DNA of 62,610 bases, counting the filler, from Candidatus Woesearchaeota archaeon (GTDB lineage Archaea > Nanobdellota > Nanobdellia > Woesearchaeales > WJIZ01), in the NCBI GenBank assembly GCA_018221205.1. It is 7 parts of 7 records of this genome, joined end to end, with 100 filler letters (N's around TTAATTAATTAA, not from the genome) between each part and the next. Parts side by side here need not be neighbours in the genome. Positions count along the whole stretch, not along the records: positions 28,141 to 35,444 come from JAAOYF010000018.1; positions 35,545 to 39,980 come from JAAOYF010000019.1; 5 more parts are not named here. One strand, written 5' to 3'. This document shows, piece after piece, positions 28,041 through 37,195 of this stretch. Below the pieces are notes generated by a model. The model was not told where the DNA came from. It searched no databases and saw only the letters and a program-made list of their open reading frames with translations. Position 1 is the stretch's first letter; each line of letters opens with the position of its first letter. The position numbers were made by a program, and so were the translations under genes.

Positions 28041-28140
28041 NNNNNNNNNNNNNNNNNNNNNNNNNNNNNNNNNNNNNNNNNNNNTTAATTAATTAANNNN
28101 NNNNNNNNNNNNNNNNNNNNNNNNNNNNNNNNNNNNNNNN
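28041..28140. other. Artificial contig linker
   Basis: N run with central TTAATTAATTAA. Confidence 0.98.
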
Positions 28141-28204
28141 CAGGTTAATGGTGATAATAAGTCTTAAACATAAGTAATATAAAACTCTCCCCAATTCTTT
28201 GCTC

Positions 28205-29959
28205 ATGAGAAAATACCTGATTATAGCATTATGTCTGCTCATCATTCCGCTGGTGGCTGCCCAGGAAGGAAAAGTGCCGTTGTTGGCAGTAAGACAGATA
28301 GATGGCGGCTTGGAAGGGAGTTCTGCAGAGCTTTTCCTTGAGATAAAAGAAGGCACGGGCCGTGTCTTTGTCGATACATTTCCATTGAGCGAATTAGACA
28401 CTCAGATCTCCATAAGATTCGCCAAGGAGATAGCCTGCGACTTTCTCGACGAAGATTGTGATGATAAAGATTTCATCTATACCATCAGGGCTGACACTCC
28501 TATAATAGGCGGCCCGAGTGCTGGGGCTGCCGCGACGATGCTCACAGTAGCTGTCCTGACTGATTCATCCTATAGGGAAGATGTGGGCTTGACCGGCACG
28601 ATAAACTCAGGAGGATTGATCGGCTTTGTCGGCGGTGTGAAAGAGAAGATTGAGGCGAGTGCAGACACTGGCCTGAAGACTGTCTTGATCCCTCAAGGCG
28701 AGAACACAAAGATCAACAAGTCCGATAATAACTCTATCGACATCATCGAATTCGGTGAAGGGCTGGGGGTGGAAGTCATCGAAGTCATCGACTTGAATGA
28801 TGCGTTAAGGATATTCACTGGAAAAGAATTCAGGCAGGATGATGAAGAGATCGAGATATCCTCTTCATATAAAGATACCATGAAAGGATTGGCAGTAAGC
28901 CTCTGTGAAAGGAATAGTGATCTGAAGAAGAGGGTAAAACCGCCTGAAAATGATTCAACCTATGATTCTGCAGTCAATTTATCTCAAAAAGGGGATGAAG
29001 CATTCAAGGAAGAGCAATATTATGCCGCAGCCTCCTATTGCTTCGGCTCTAATGTACGCTTTAATGAGGTCTTCCTCGAAGAAAGGAATTTCTCAACGAA
29101 AGAGTACAGGCAATTGATACTAGAATTAGGAGAAAAGATCGATGAGTTTGAACGTTTCATCGAAAGCAAAGAGATCAAGACCATAACTGATCTGGAGAGT
29201 TTCATGGTCGTGAAAGAACGATTGGAAGAGGCGAGAAGATTGATCAACGTTTCAGATAATGCTTCCATTGCCCCTATCTACGCCTTTGCGAATGAAAGGC
29301 TGCGATCAGCATATTCCTGGGCTGAATTCTTTAATAATGAAGGACGTGAATTGGAATTGGATGAAGAGTCATTGAGAGCATCCTGCAGGCAGCGTATATC
29401 CGAAGCAGAGGAACGCCTGCAGTACGCGGCCTTGAATATCCCTTTGAATCTTAACGGCCCTAGAGCAGACCTAAAGCGCGCTTATGAAGATTTCAACAAC
29501 GATGAATACGCACTTTGCTTATTCAGGGCATCGAAAGCCAAAGCAGAAGCCAATATCGTACTTAACTCAATAGGTGTTTCCTCTGATTTCATCCCTACAA
29601 TCGTCGACACCAAGCTCAATGTAGCGGCGAGAGTCATTGTTGACGCAGGAAAGAAGGATATCTTCCCTGTTTTAGGATATAGTTATTTTGAATACGCGAA
29701 TAACCTAAAAGAATCTGATCGGTTTTCCGCCCTGCTCTATGCAGAATATGCGCTGGAACTCTCAAACCTCGATATCTACTTCAAAGAGAAAGAAAGAAGG
29801 GTCTTGCCTGATATCGATACTGATAAGATGGTGCTTGTGGTTATCGGTATTGTGATTGGGATAGTTATCGGTCTTTTCATTCAAAAGCCTAAAAGACCCA
29901 AAAAGAAGAGTAGAAAAACCCAACAAGGCCGTGGAGCCCTGCTGGGAAAAAAGAGGTGA
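28205..29959 (+). CDS. Archaeal extracytoplasmic Lon-like (S16) serine protease
   Basis: Signal peptide; GGPSAGAA catalytic Ser and VGGVKEK Lys; no AAA domain; C-terminal TM anchor. Confidence 0.88.
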   Translation: MRKYLIIALCLLIIPLVAAQEGKVPLLAVRQIDGGLEGSSAELFLEIKEGTGRVFVDTFPLSELDTQISIRFAKEIACDFLDEDCDDKDFIYTIRADTPIIGGPSAGAAATMLTVAVLTDSSYREDVGLTGTINSGGLIGFVGGVKEKIEASADTGLKTVLIPQGENTKINKSDNNSIDIIEFGEGLGVEVIEVIDLNDALRIFTGKEFRQDDEEIEISSSYKDTMKGLAVSLCERNSDLKKRVKPPENDSTYDSAVNLSQKGDEAFKEEQYYAAASYCFGSNVRFNEVFLEERNFSTKEYRQLILELGEKIDEFERFIESKEIKTITDLESFMVVKERLEEARRLINVSDNASIAPIYAFANERLRSAYSWAEFFNNEGRELELDEESLRASCRQRISEAEERLQYAALNIPLNLNGPRADLKRAYEDFNNDEYALCLFRASKAKAEANIVLNSIGVSSDFIPTIVDTKLNVAARVIVDAGKKDIFPVLGYSYFEYANNLKESDRFSALLYAEYALELSNLDIYFKEKERRVLPDIDTDKMVLVVIGIVIGIVIGLFIQKPKRPKKKSRKTQQGRGALLGKKR

Positions 29960-30146
29960 TAGATTCCTTCCCAAAGTTCTCACTTCAGGATAGAATACAT
30001 ATCTTTTTACTGAAGAGTAACGATTTTATTTAAAGATTTCTATGATAAAAAATATCCTTAATAAGTCCCCAATCGGTGATACTATCTTTTAGAAGCTCTC
30101 CGGAAAATCTCCAGGCAGCCTTTTATTGAGAGAAAAACCTCTGTTC

Positions 30147-31118
30147 ATGATGAAAAATTCCATCATCATGTACCTAGTGCTCCTTTCTGCCTGCCAGAAT
30201 GTCGAGATTCCGAGAGAGACGGGCTCACCGATCGAGATATATTTCTGTCCAGAAGACAATTGCGGGCAGATTCTATCCCAAAATCTTCAAGAAGCGAAAA
30301 AATCCATCCATTGTGCTTTTTTTGATCTGGATCTGGAAGAAATAATCAATATCCTGGAGAGAAAATCAAAAGAGATAGAAGTAAAGCTTGTCATCGACTC
30401 TGATAATGCTATCAGGACAAAAGTGCCGATAGTCATGGATGATAAAAAGCAGCTCTCGCATAATAAATTCTGCATCATCGATCATAAGAGGGTGATAACA
30501 GGCAGCTTCAACCCGACGGAGAATGGCAACACCAAGAACAACAATAATCTTATCATCATTCCATCAAGATATCTCGCCGATAACTATGAAAGTGAATTCT
30601 CTGAGCTCTGGCAGAGGAGATTTGGAGAAGGGAAAAAGGTCGCATATCCTAAAGTGATATATAATGGGATTGAGCTGAAGAATTTTTTCTGCCCTGAAGA
30701 TGGCTGCGCAGGCAAAGTCTCAGAAGAACTCAGAAAAGCAGAACATTCCATCTATTTTATGCTCTTCACCTTGACAGACGAGAATATAGCAGACGCTATG
30801 CTCATGTCGAATGCGACGATCAAAGGGATGATGGAGAAATTGCATGCAGGAAGCAGATACAGTCAGTTCACGCGCTTGAAAGAATTCGGCCTTGATGTGA
30901 AAAGAGATGAAAACAAAGGCATGATGCACCATAAAGTGTTCATCATCGATAACCGAACAGTTATTACCGGTTCTTATAACCCAACCAATGCAGGTGACAA
31001 AAAAAATGATGAAAATGTCCTTATCATCCACAGTCCAAGACTTGCCCGGCGCTACCTAGAAGAGTTTAATTCCTTCTTACCGAGGGACCAGCTCCTCGAA
31101 TCGTTACAGAAGAGCTGA
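30147..31118 (+). CDS. Phospholipase D-superfamily protein with two HKD motifs
   Basis: HNKFCIID...TGSFN and HHKVFIID...TGSYN; lipobox-like LSAC. Confidence 0.9.
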   Translation: MMKNSIIMYLVLLSACQNVEIPRETGSPIEIYFCPEDNCGQILSQNLQEAKKSIHCAFFDLDLEEIINILERKSKEIEVKLVIDSDNAIRTKVPIVMDDKKQLSHNKFCIIDHKRVITGSFNPTENGNTKNNNNLIIIPSRYLADNYESEFSELWQRRFGEGKKVAYPKVIYNGIELKNFFCPEDGCAGKVSEELRKAEHSIYFMLFTLTDENIADAMLMSNATIKGMMEKLHAGSRYSQFTRLKEFGLDVKRDENKGMMHHKVFIIDNRTVITGSYNPTNAGDKKNDENVLIIHSPRLARRYLEEFNSFLPRDQLLESLQKS

Positions 31119-31211
31119 TACTCTTGTAACCTCATAGGCTTTGCCTACGGTGGGAGAAGCGATTCAACAGAAAACTATTTAAATTTCCTAGAATATGTTG
31201 CTCAAATCAAA

Positions 31212-31334
31212 ATGGAAGAACCAGCTGAAGAGCAGTATATCGAAGAAAAATACGATGATGACGATGACGATAATGAGAAGACTGACTATGACAGCTTCGA
31301 AGAAGAGAGTTATGAAGATGACGAAGTCCATTGA
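31212..31334 (+). CDS. Small hyper-acidic protein (40 aa), not in ORF track
   Basis: MEEPAEEQYIEEKYDDDDDDNEKTDYDSFEEESYEDDEVH*; TATTTAAAT box ~30 nt upstream. Confidence 0.6.
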   Translation: MEEPAEEQYIEEKYDDDDDDNEKTDYDSFEEESYEDDEVH

Positions 31335-31369
31335 CAATATTTTTAAATGAGTTCTTGTTCTGATTTCCC

Positions 31370-32251
31370 ATGGATCTCGTAATCGTCGGCAGTATAGGCA
31401 TTGATGACATCAAGACTCCTTTCGGTGAGAAAAAAGATATTCTAGGCGGGAGTGCGGTCTATGCATCGTATGCAGCGTCCTTTTTCGCTCAGCCGGGGAT
31501 GGTCTCGATAAAGGGGACAGATCTTGCTGATGAAGAGCTTGAATTTCTGAAGAAAAAAGAGATCTCATTGGAAGGCATCTCGACAAAAGGAAAGAATTTT
31601 CGATGGTCTGGCAGCTATGAATTCGATATGAACGAAGCAAAGACCTTGAAGACAGAGATCAATTCTCTTGCTGATTTCGATCCTACTGTTCCCGATTCCT
31701 ATAAAGATGCCAAATATATCTTTCTAGCCAACACTGATCCAGATGTGCAGATCAAAGTCATTGAAGAGATGAAAAATCCAGAGCTTATTGTTCTCGACAC
31801 GATGAATTTTTGGATTGAGAGTAAGAAAGAGAAGCTGCTGGAGGCAATAAAGAAATCACATGTCCTGATCTTCAATGAAGGAGAAGCAAAACAGCTTTTT
31901 GACACTCCTAACCTCATCAAAGCAGGCAAAGAAGCATTGAAACTTGGCCTGAAAGCAGTCATCATCAAGAAAGGAGAACATGGTTCGCTCTTATTCGAAG
32001 AAAAAGGTCTCTTCAACTGTCCTGGCTATCCTTTAGAAGAATTAAAAGATCCCACAGGCTGCGGCGATACATTCGGTGGAGCATTCATCGGCTATTATGC
32101 TAAGGCCAAAGATATAAGGAAAGCGATGGTCTATGGATCTGTCCTCGCTTCTTTCAATGCAGAAGATTTCGGCCTCAATAACTTAAGAAAGATAACCCAA
32201 AAAGACATCGATGAGCGATTCGAAGAGATGAAGTCTTTACGATCATTTTGA
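31370..32251 (+). CDS. PfkB-family carbohydrate/nucleoside kinase
   Basis: GGSAVY, DTMNFWI, NEGEA, KKGEHG, DPTGCGDTFGG. Confidence 0.92.
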   Translation: MDLVIVGSIGIDDIKTPFGEKKDILGGSAVYASYAASFFAQPGMVSIKGTDLADEELEFLKKKEISLEGISTKGKNFRWSGSYEFDMNEAKTLKTEINSLADFDPTVPDSYKDAKYIFLANTDPDVQIKVIEEMKNPELIVLDTMNFWIESKKEKLLEAIKKSHVLIFNEGEAKQLFDTPNLIKAGKEALKLGLKAVIIKKGEHGSLLFEEKGLFNCPGYPLEELKDPTGCGDTFGGAFIGYYAKAKDIRKAMVYGSVLASFNAEDFGLNNLRKITQKDIDERFEEMKSLRSF

Positions 32252-32874
32252 TGAATATCAAAGATAACATAAAGGAAATTCTTGAAGAATGTAAAGGGGT
32301 CAAAGTACTGGCAGCTGTGAAAGGACGTTCTCCAGAGGAGATAAACGAAGCAATCAAAGCCGGCATCCAGGTAATCGGAGAGAATTATGTTCAGGATGCA
32401 GAAAAAAAGATTCCTGCAATCAAAAAGGTCCCTCTACACTGCATCGGCCATCTCCAGATGAATAAAGTCAAGAAAGCAGTGAAGATCTTTGACATGATCC
32501 AGACCGTCGATTCGGAAAAGCTCGCAGCTGAAATAAATAAACAATCAAAAGGGCTAGGCAAAATCATACCTGTCTTGATTGAGGTCAATTCCGCTCGAGA
32601 GCAGAATAAGGCAGGCTGTATGCCTGAAGACGTAGAAGAATTAGCAGAAAAGATTTCTGAGATGAAGAATCTTGAATTGAAAGGCCTCATGACCATGGGT
32701 CCTGAAGAAGATGTGCAGCCTTATTTCAAGCTGACAAAGCAGCTGTTTGATAAGATAAAAGAAAAATATAACATTTCAATCTTGTCGATGGGAATGTCTG
32801 ATTCTTACGGGCTCGCCATACAAGAAGGCGCGACCATGGTAAGGATCGGAACGAGACTGTTCAAGGCCAGATAG
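32248..32874 (+). CDS. yggS: YggS/PLPBP pyridoxal-phosphate homeostasis protein
   Basis: AAVK, GENYVQD, IGHLQMNK, GLMTMG, SMGMS, GATMVRIGT. Confidence 0.93.
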   Translation: MMNIKDNIKEILEECKGVKVLAAVKGRSPEEINEAIKAGIQVIGENYVQDAEKKIPAIKKVPLHCIGHLQMNKVKKAVKIFDMIQTVDSEKLAAEINKQSKGLGKIIPVLIEVNSAREQNKAGCMPEDVEELAEKISEMKNLELKGLMTMGPEEDVQPYFKLTKQLFDKIKEKYNISILSMGMSDSYGLAIQEGATMVRIGTRLFKAR

Positions 32875-33274
32875 CCAGGATTCCTCCCATGACGAGCATA
32901 CCCACTAAATTATAGGCTGTGTTCAATAAAAACAGTTGGAATTTCTTCTTCTCCCACAAAACCTGTCCAAATTGTACTGTTACGATAAAGCCTAGCCAGA
33001 GCCAAAATCCTGTCTGCATGCCCTGCACAAATGTTATTGCGCTTGTATAGGCGATGAACAGTGCCAGGACATAGGCCATGACCAATGTCGCGATGATATT
33101 AAGGAGATATGAGCTTCCTGCATTCTTGCTCATCTCCTTCATCTTTCGTTGGCTGATGCCCATCAGCTTGATCCATTGCTTACCGAATCCTTTCAGGCTG
33201 TACCACCACATGCCGATAAGCATCGCAACAATAGCTACAACGACAATGGCTATCCAATTAACTGTAGGTAACAT
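32861..33274 (-). CDS. DUF1761-like four-TM membrane protein
   Basis: NWIAIVV...GMWWYS..FGKQW; WLGF motif. Confidence 0.8.
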   Translation of the reverse strand: MLPTVNWIAIVVVAIVAMLIGMWWYSLKGFGKQWIKLMGISQRKMKEMSKNAGSSYLLNIIATLVMAYVLALFIAYTSAITFVQGMQTGFWLWLGFIVTVQFGQVLWEKKKFQLFLLNTAYNLVGMLVMGGILAIWP

Positions 33275-33375
33275 GTTTCCACCTCCATGGATATAAAATA
33301 AAGGAAACCGGGATCAGAAGTAAAGTGTTGTTGGGGGCACTTTTAATCCCGGTCCTTAAAAACGCGATTGACATA

Positions 33376-33795
33376 TCAGAGTTCCTCCTTGATATTGGTG
33401 GTTGCGATCATGGTTGTTGTTTCCACCCTCTGTTCCTTGCGGAATTTGATGATAAAATCATTGAACTCTCCGACATCTGCAAATTTCATCTTGACCAAGA
33501 GATCATATTCTCCTGTCACGCCGAAAACTTCCTTGAGATGCTTGTTCCGGAAGAACGTATCTGCGATATCGACTCCTGGCTTGGTCTTGATGAGCATGAA
33601 GACGATAAAATCCTCTCCTACAAGTTTGTTGTCCAACTTGACTGTGAACTTTTCGATGACATTTTTCTTCAGCTTCATAAGACGTTGATGGACAGTAGAA
33701 GGCCGAAGTTGTGTCTTCTTCGCGATATCCCTGATGGGCATACGCGAATTCCCTCGTAGAACAGAAAGAATCTTATTGTCCTTGTTATCAAGCAT
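33376..33795 (-). CDS. Lrp/AsnC-family transcriptional regulator
   Basis: LDNKDNKIL..LRGNSR HTH; VTGEYDLLVK RAM domain. Confidence 0.92.
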   Translation of the reverse strand: MLDNKDNKILSVLRGNSRMPIRDIAKKTQLRPSTVHQRLMKLKKNVIEKFTVKLDNKLVGEDFIVFMLIKTKPGVDIADTFFRNKHLKEVFGVTGEYDLLVKMKFADVGEFNDFIIKFRKEQRVETTTMIATTNIKEEL

Positions 33796-33807
33796 ATCAA
33801 AATGGTG

Positions 33808-33876
33808 TGTCCAACTAATATATAAATATTATTATATTTGTCTATATATTTAATAGATTATTGGACAAATTAGATA
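33808..33876. promoter_or_regulatory. AT-rich divergent promoter with inverted operator-like boxes
   Basis: TGTCCAA (33808) / TTGGACA (33861) plus related GTCTAT, ATAGAT and TTAGAT boxes between the lrp gene and ahcY. Confidence 0.5.
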
Positions 33877-33930
33877 TTTTCTGAGAGAAAATATATATTA
33901 TATCCAATCTACCTTATTGTTGGTGATACA

Positions 33931-35340
33931 ATGGATGAAACTCAAAACTATAAGATCAAAGATATCTCTTTAGCTGATTTCGGAAGAAAAGAGATTGAGA
34001 TGGCTGAGATTGAGATGCCTGGCCTGATGACAGTGAGAAAAAAGTATTCTGCTGAAAAGCCGTTGAAAGGTTCAAGAATAACCGGCAGCTTGCATATGAC
34101 TATCCAGACTGCAGTCTTGATCGAGACATTGGTGGAATTGGGTGCTGAAGTGAGATGGGCATCCTGCAATATCTATTCTACACAGGATCATGCTGCTGCT
34201 GCCATTGCCAAAACAGGCGTCCCTGTCTTTGCCTGGAAAGGAGAAACTCTAGCCGAATATTGGTGGTGCACCAAAAAAGCATTGGATTTTGATGGAAAAG
34301 GCCCTAATTTGATAGTAGATGATGGGGGGGATGCTACATTGATGATCCATAAAGGCGTTGAAGTTGAAAAAGACCCTTCTCTCTTGGAAAAAGATTACAG
34401 CAAAGAAGGAGAGGATTTTAGGGAATTGATGGATCAATTAAAAGGGATCTATAAAGAAGACAAAGAAAGATGGACAAAAATCTCTAAGGAGATAAAAGGA
34501 GTTTCAGAAGAGACAACAACAGGTGTGCATAGGCTCTATCAGATGATGGAAGAGAAATCTCTTTTGTTCCCAGCAATGAACGTCAATGATTCTGTTACGA
34601 AATCAAAATTTGATAATCTCTACGGCTGCAGAGAAAGCTTGGCAGACGGCATAAAGAGAGGGACTGATATCATGGTTGCAGGAAAAGTTGTAGTGGTATG
34701 CGGCTATGGTGATGTCGGAAAAGGCTGCTGCCAATCCATGAAAGGCTTCGGAGCAAGAGTTATAGTGACAGAGATTGATCCTATCTGTGCCTTGCAGGCA
34801 GCGATGGAAGGCTATGAAGTCAAGACAGTAGAGGACGTGACCGGAGAAGGCGATATTTTCGTAACCACTACTGGAAACAAGGATATCATCACACTTGAAC
34901 ATATGAAAAAGATGAAAGACCATGCTATCGTCTGTAACATCGGCCATTTTGATAACGAGATTCAGGTTGAGCAATTGGAAAGACTGCCCGGAATCAAAGA
35001 GGTCAATATCAAGCCTCAGGTGGATAAGTTCATCTTTCCAGACGGCCACTCCATTATTCTTCTATCAAAAGGAAGATTGGTCAATCTCGGAAATGCGACA
35101 GGTCATCCGAGCTTTGTGATGAGCAACTCATTTACTAATCAGACTCTTGCCCAAATCAATCTATGGAAGAACCAGTACAAGATAGGGGTCTATACCTTGC
35201 CGAAAAAGTTGGATGAAGAAGTGGCAAGGTTCCATTTGGATAAGCTAGGGGCGAAGCTGACAAAGCTATCGAAAGAACAGGCAGACTACCTCGGTATAAA
35301 GCAGGAAGGCCCTTACAAACCAGAGCATTATCGATATTGA
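33931..35340 (+). CDS. ahcY: S-adenosylhomocysteine hydrolase
   Basis: [43 protein letters not shown]-terminal [10 protein letters not shown]. Confidence 0.98.
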   Translation: MDETQNYKIKDISLADFGRKEIEMAEIEMPGLMTVRKKYSAEKPLKGSRITGSLHMTIQTAVLIETLVELGAEVRWASCNIYSTQDHAAAAIAKTGVPVFAWKGETLAEYWWCTKKALDFDGKGPNLIVDDGGDATLMIHKGVEVEKDPSLLEKDYSKEGEDFRELMDQLKGIYKEDKERWTKISKEIKGVSEETTTGVHRLYQMMEEKSLLFPAMNVNDSVTKSKFDNLYGCRESLADGIKRGTDIMVAGKVVVVCGYGDVGKGCCQSMKGFGARVIVTEIDPICALQAAMEGYEVKTVEDVTGEGDIFVTTTGNKDIITLEHMKKMKDHAIVCNIGHFDNEIQVEQLERLPGIKEVNIKPQVDKFIFPDGHSIILLSKGRLVNLGNATGHPSFVMSNSFTNQTLAQINLWKNQYKIGVYTLPKKLDEEVARFHLDKLGAKLTKLSKEQADYLGIKQEGPYKPEHYRY

Positions 35341-35363
35341 ACTCACAATCGCGGCCTTTAGAA

Positions 35364-35444
35364 ATGACCTCCTCCCCGACTTGAAAGTCGGGGTATCCGC
35401 TTAAGCTTCTGCGTGGTGTTGTTCTTGATTTACTATGTACTTGA
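35364..35444 (-). mobile_element. IS200/IS605-family element end, copy 3
   Basis: Identical 81-nt sequence at contig end, just downstream of ahcY. Confidence 0.85.
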
Positions 35445-35544
35445 NNNNNNNNNNNNNNNNNNNNNNNNNNNNNNNNNNNNNNNNNNNNTTAATTAATTAA
35501 NNNNNNNNNNNNNNNNNNNNNNNNNNNNNNNNNNNNNNNNNNNN
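35445..35544. other. Artificial contig linker
   Basis: N run with central TTAATTAATTAA. Confidence 0.98.
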
Positions 35545-35759
35545 GCGGACAAATCTTCATTAAAGTTCACCTCATTCTTTTTTGAGATGAACTTATTTAT
35601 TAATCTGTCGATTAGTTAACACTGTCCTGAGGAGGTTTTTCCCAAAAATTCGAGCTTGCTCGAAACTCATCCAAGCATAGCTTTGAGTAGCAAAGTTTAT
35701 AAAGTATTTCGCTTCATATAATCTTTAGTAGGTTTAATGCTAAAAGAGAGGATGATAGA

Positions 35760-36392
35760 ATGGCTGATGAAAGCTACGGAATAATGCCTTTTTCTGAAAT
35801 TAAAGACTTAAAAAAGCAGATTACAACGCTGAAAGAGAAAGATACTGGACACTCTGAAGAACTCATCGATTCGATGAATCGATTGACACAAAATATGGAC
35901 GGCATGCTGCAGCTCTTCAAATCTGCAGCTGATGAGATGAAACTGGAAGAGCAGGAAGAAGAAGCCCTTTCGAGACAGATCCAGCCTATGATCGCTAAAT
36001 TAGACGAGGTCATGGAGCAGAACAAGGTCATTGCAGAAGGAATGGTGGCTATCTCGGATATTGTCAAGGAACGGCTGCCTGATAAGCAAGTTGAAAGACC
36101 TGTCTTTCCCCGACCTCGGCAAGCACCGAGCATGCCTCCTCCAAGCGCTCCTCCTCCAGGAATGCCTGAGCCGCCGGGAGGGATGGCGATGCCTCCACCG
36201 GGTGGAGTATTCCCTCCTCCAGGAGCACCGCCTTCGAGAATGGCACCTCCGCCGCCAGGAATGGGATCTCCACCTGATCTAGATTCTGATATCCCACCGC
36301 CTCCAAGTAGTATGCCTGAAGGATTAGGCAGTCCTCCTCCACCTGGCCCCTCTCCTTTTGATCAAAAAAGGAAGAAAGGATTCTTCAAATGA
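35760..36392 (+). CDS. Coiled-coil protein with a long Pro-rich tail
   Basis: Heptad N-terminal half; repeated PPP(P)G/M units; ends KRKKGFFK. Confidence 0.8.
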   Translation: MADESYGIMPFSEIKDLKKQITTLKEKDTGHSEELIDSMNRLTQNMDGMLQLFKSAADEMKLEEQEEEALSRQIQPMIAKLDEVMEQNKVIAEGMVAISDIVKERLPDKQVERPVFPRPRQAPSMPPPSAPPPGMPEPPGGMAMPPPGGVFPPPGAPPSRMAPPPPGMGSPPDLDSDIPPPPSSMPEGLGSPPPPGPSPFDQKRKKGFFK

Positions 36393-36973
36393 GTGAACTC
36401 AGCCCTGCCAAGATGAGGAGATTCATCAAGCATCTTTGCATCATCACGAATAAGTATTATGATCGTGAGCAGGCACAGCTGGATGTGAATGAACACGTCA
36501 GAAAGATGAAGGATAGTGATGTGGATCATGGCTTGTCCAGACTGAATAAGAAAATCAACAAGCTTCTTGATAAGGAATTACAGATAGCTGAACTTGGCAA
36601 CGGAAAGAAACTCTCCCCTTCTATGAAGAAAGCATTGGAACTGCTCAAGAAAGAGCTTTCGTTGTCTGAAGGCCAACGGAAGAAGCTGCTCCGGGAGAAT
36701 AGCGTTTTGCGGAACCATCTTGAAGGGCTGCAGGATGTCACAGAAGAAGTGGTGAAGCATAAAACAAAATCCTTGAGCAGGATGAAGAAGATCGAAGGAA
36801 AGGTCAACCTGAAGTATCGGTCACATCTTCTCTATGAGCTCCATGATAAAGTCGATGAGCTCGAGGATCAATACAATAAACTTTCCCGGGATAAATCGCA
36901 GGATCCTGCCCGACTCTATAAGGTCGAGCAGAGACTTAAATTATATAAAAAGAAATTAAAGCTTCTCTCATAG
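36389..36973 (+). CDS. Basic coiled-coil hypothetical protein
   Basis: 194 aa, ATGA overlap with upstream gene. Confidence 0.75.
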   Translation: MSELSPAKMRRFIKHLCIITNKYYDREQAQLDVNEHVRKMKDSDVDHGLSRLNKKINKLLDKELQIAELGNGKKLSPSMKKALELLKKELSLSEGQRKKLLRENSVLRNHLEGLQDVTEEVVKHKTKSLSRMKKIEGKVNLKYRSHLLYELHDKVDELEDQYNKLSRDKSQDPARLYKVEQRLKLYKKKLKLLS

Positions 36974-37153
36974 ATCTTTGGGCATCACTGTTGTGCGGCC
37001 ATTCATTACTGCTCTCTTGCATGCATCAGTTATCATATGCTCGACTTTCTTTGTCAACTCCTGAGAAAGATTGGAAGCTACATTCAGTTGCTTGTTCTCA
37101 TGCTGCGCCAGCTCTTTGACGCGTGATGCTACTATTAAGGTCTTTGCCATCAT
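36968..37153 (-). CDS. Small histone-fold protein (DUF1931-like)
   Basis: LIVASRVKE...ACKRAVMNGRTTVMPKDL histone-fold pattern; GAGGTG RBS. Confidence 0.8.
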   Translation of the reverse strand: MMAKTLIVASRVKELAQHENKQLNVASNLSQELTKKVEHMITDACKRAVMNGRTTVMPKDL

Positions 37154-37195
37154 ACCACCTCATATCTTACTATCCATGGGTTTTTATAAAAGTTG

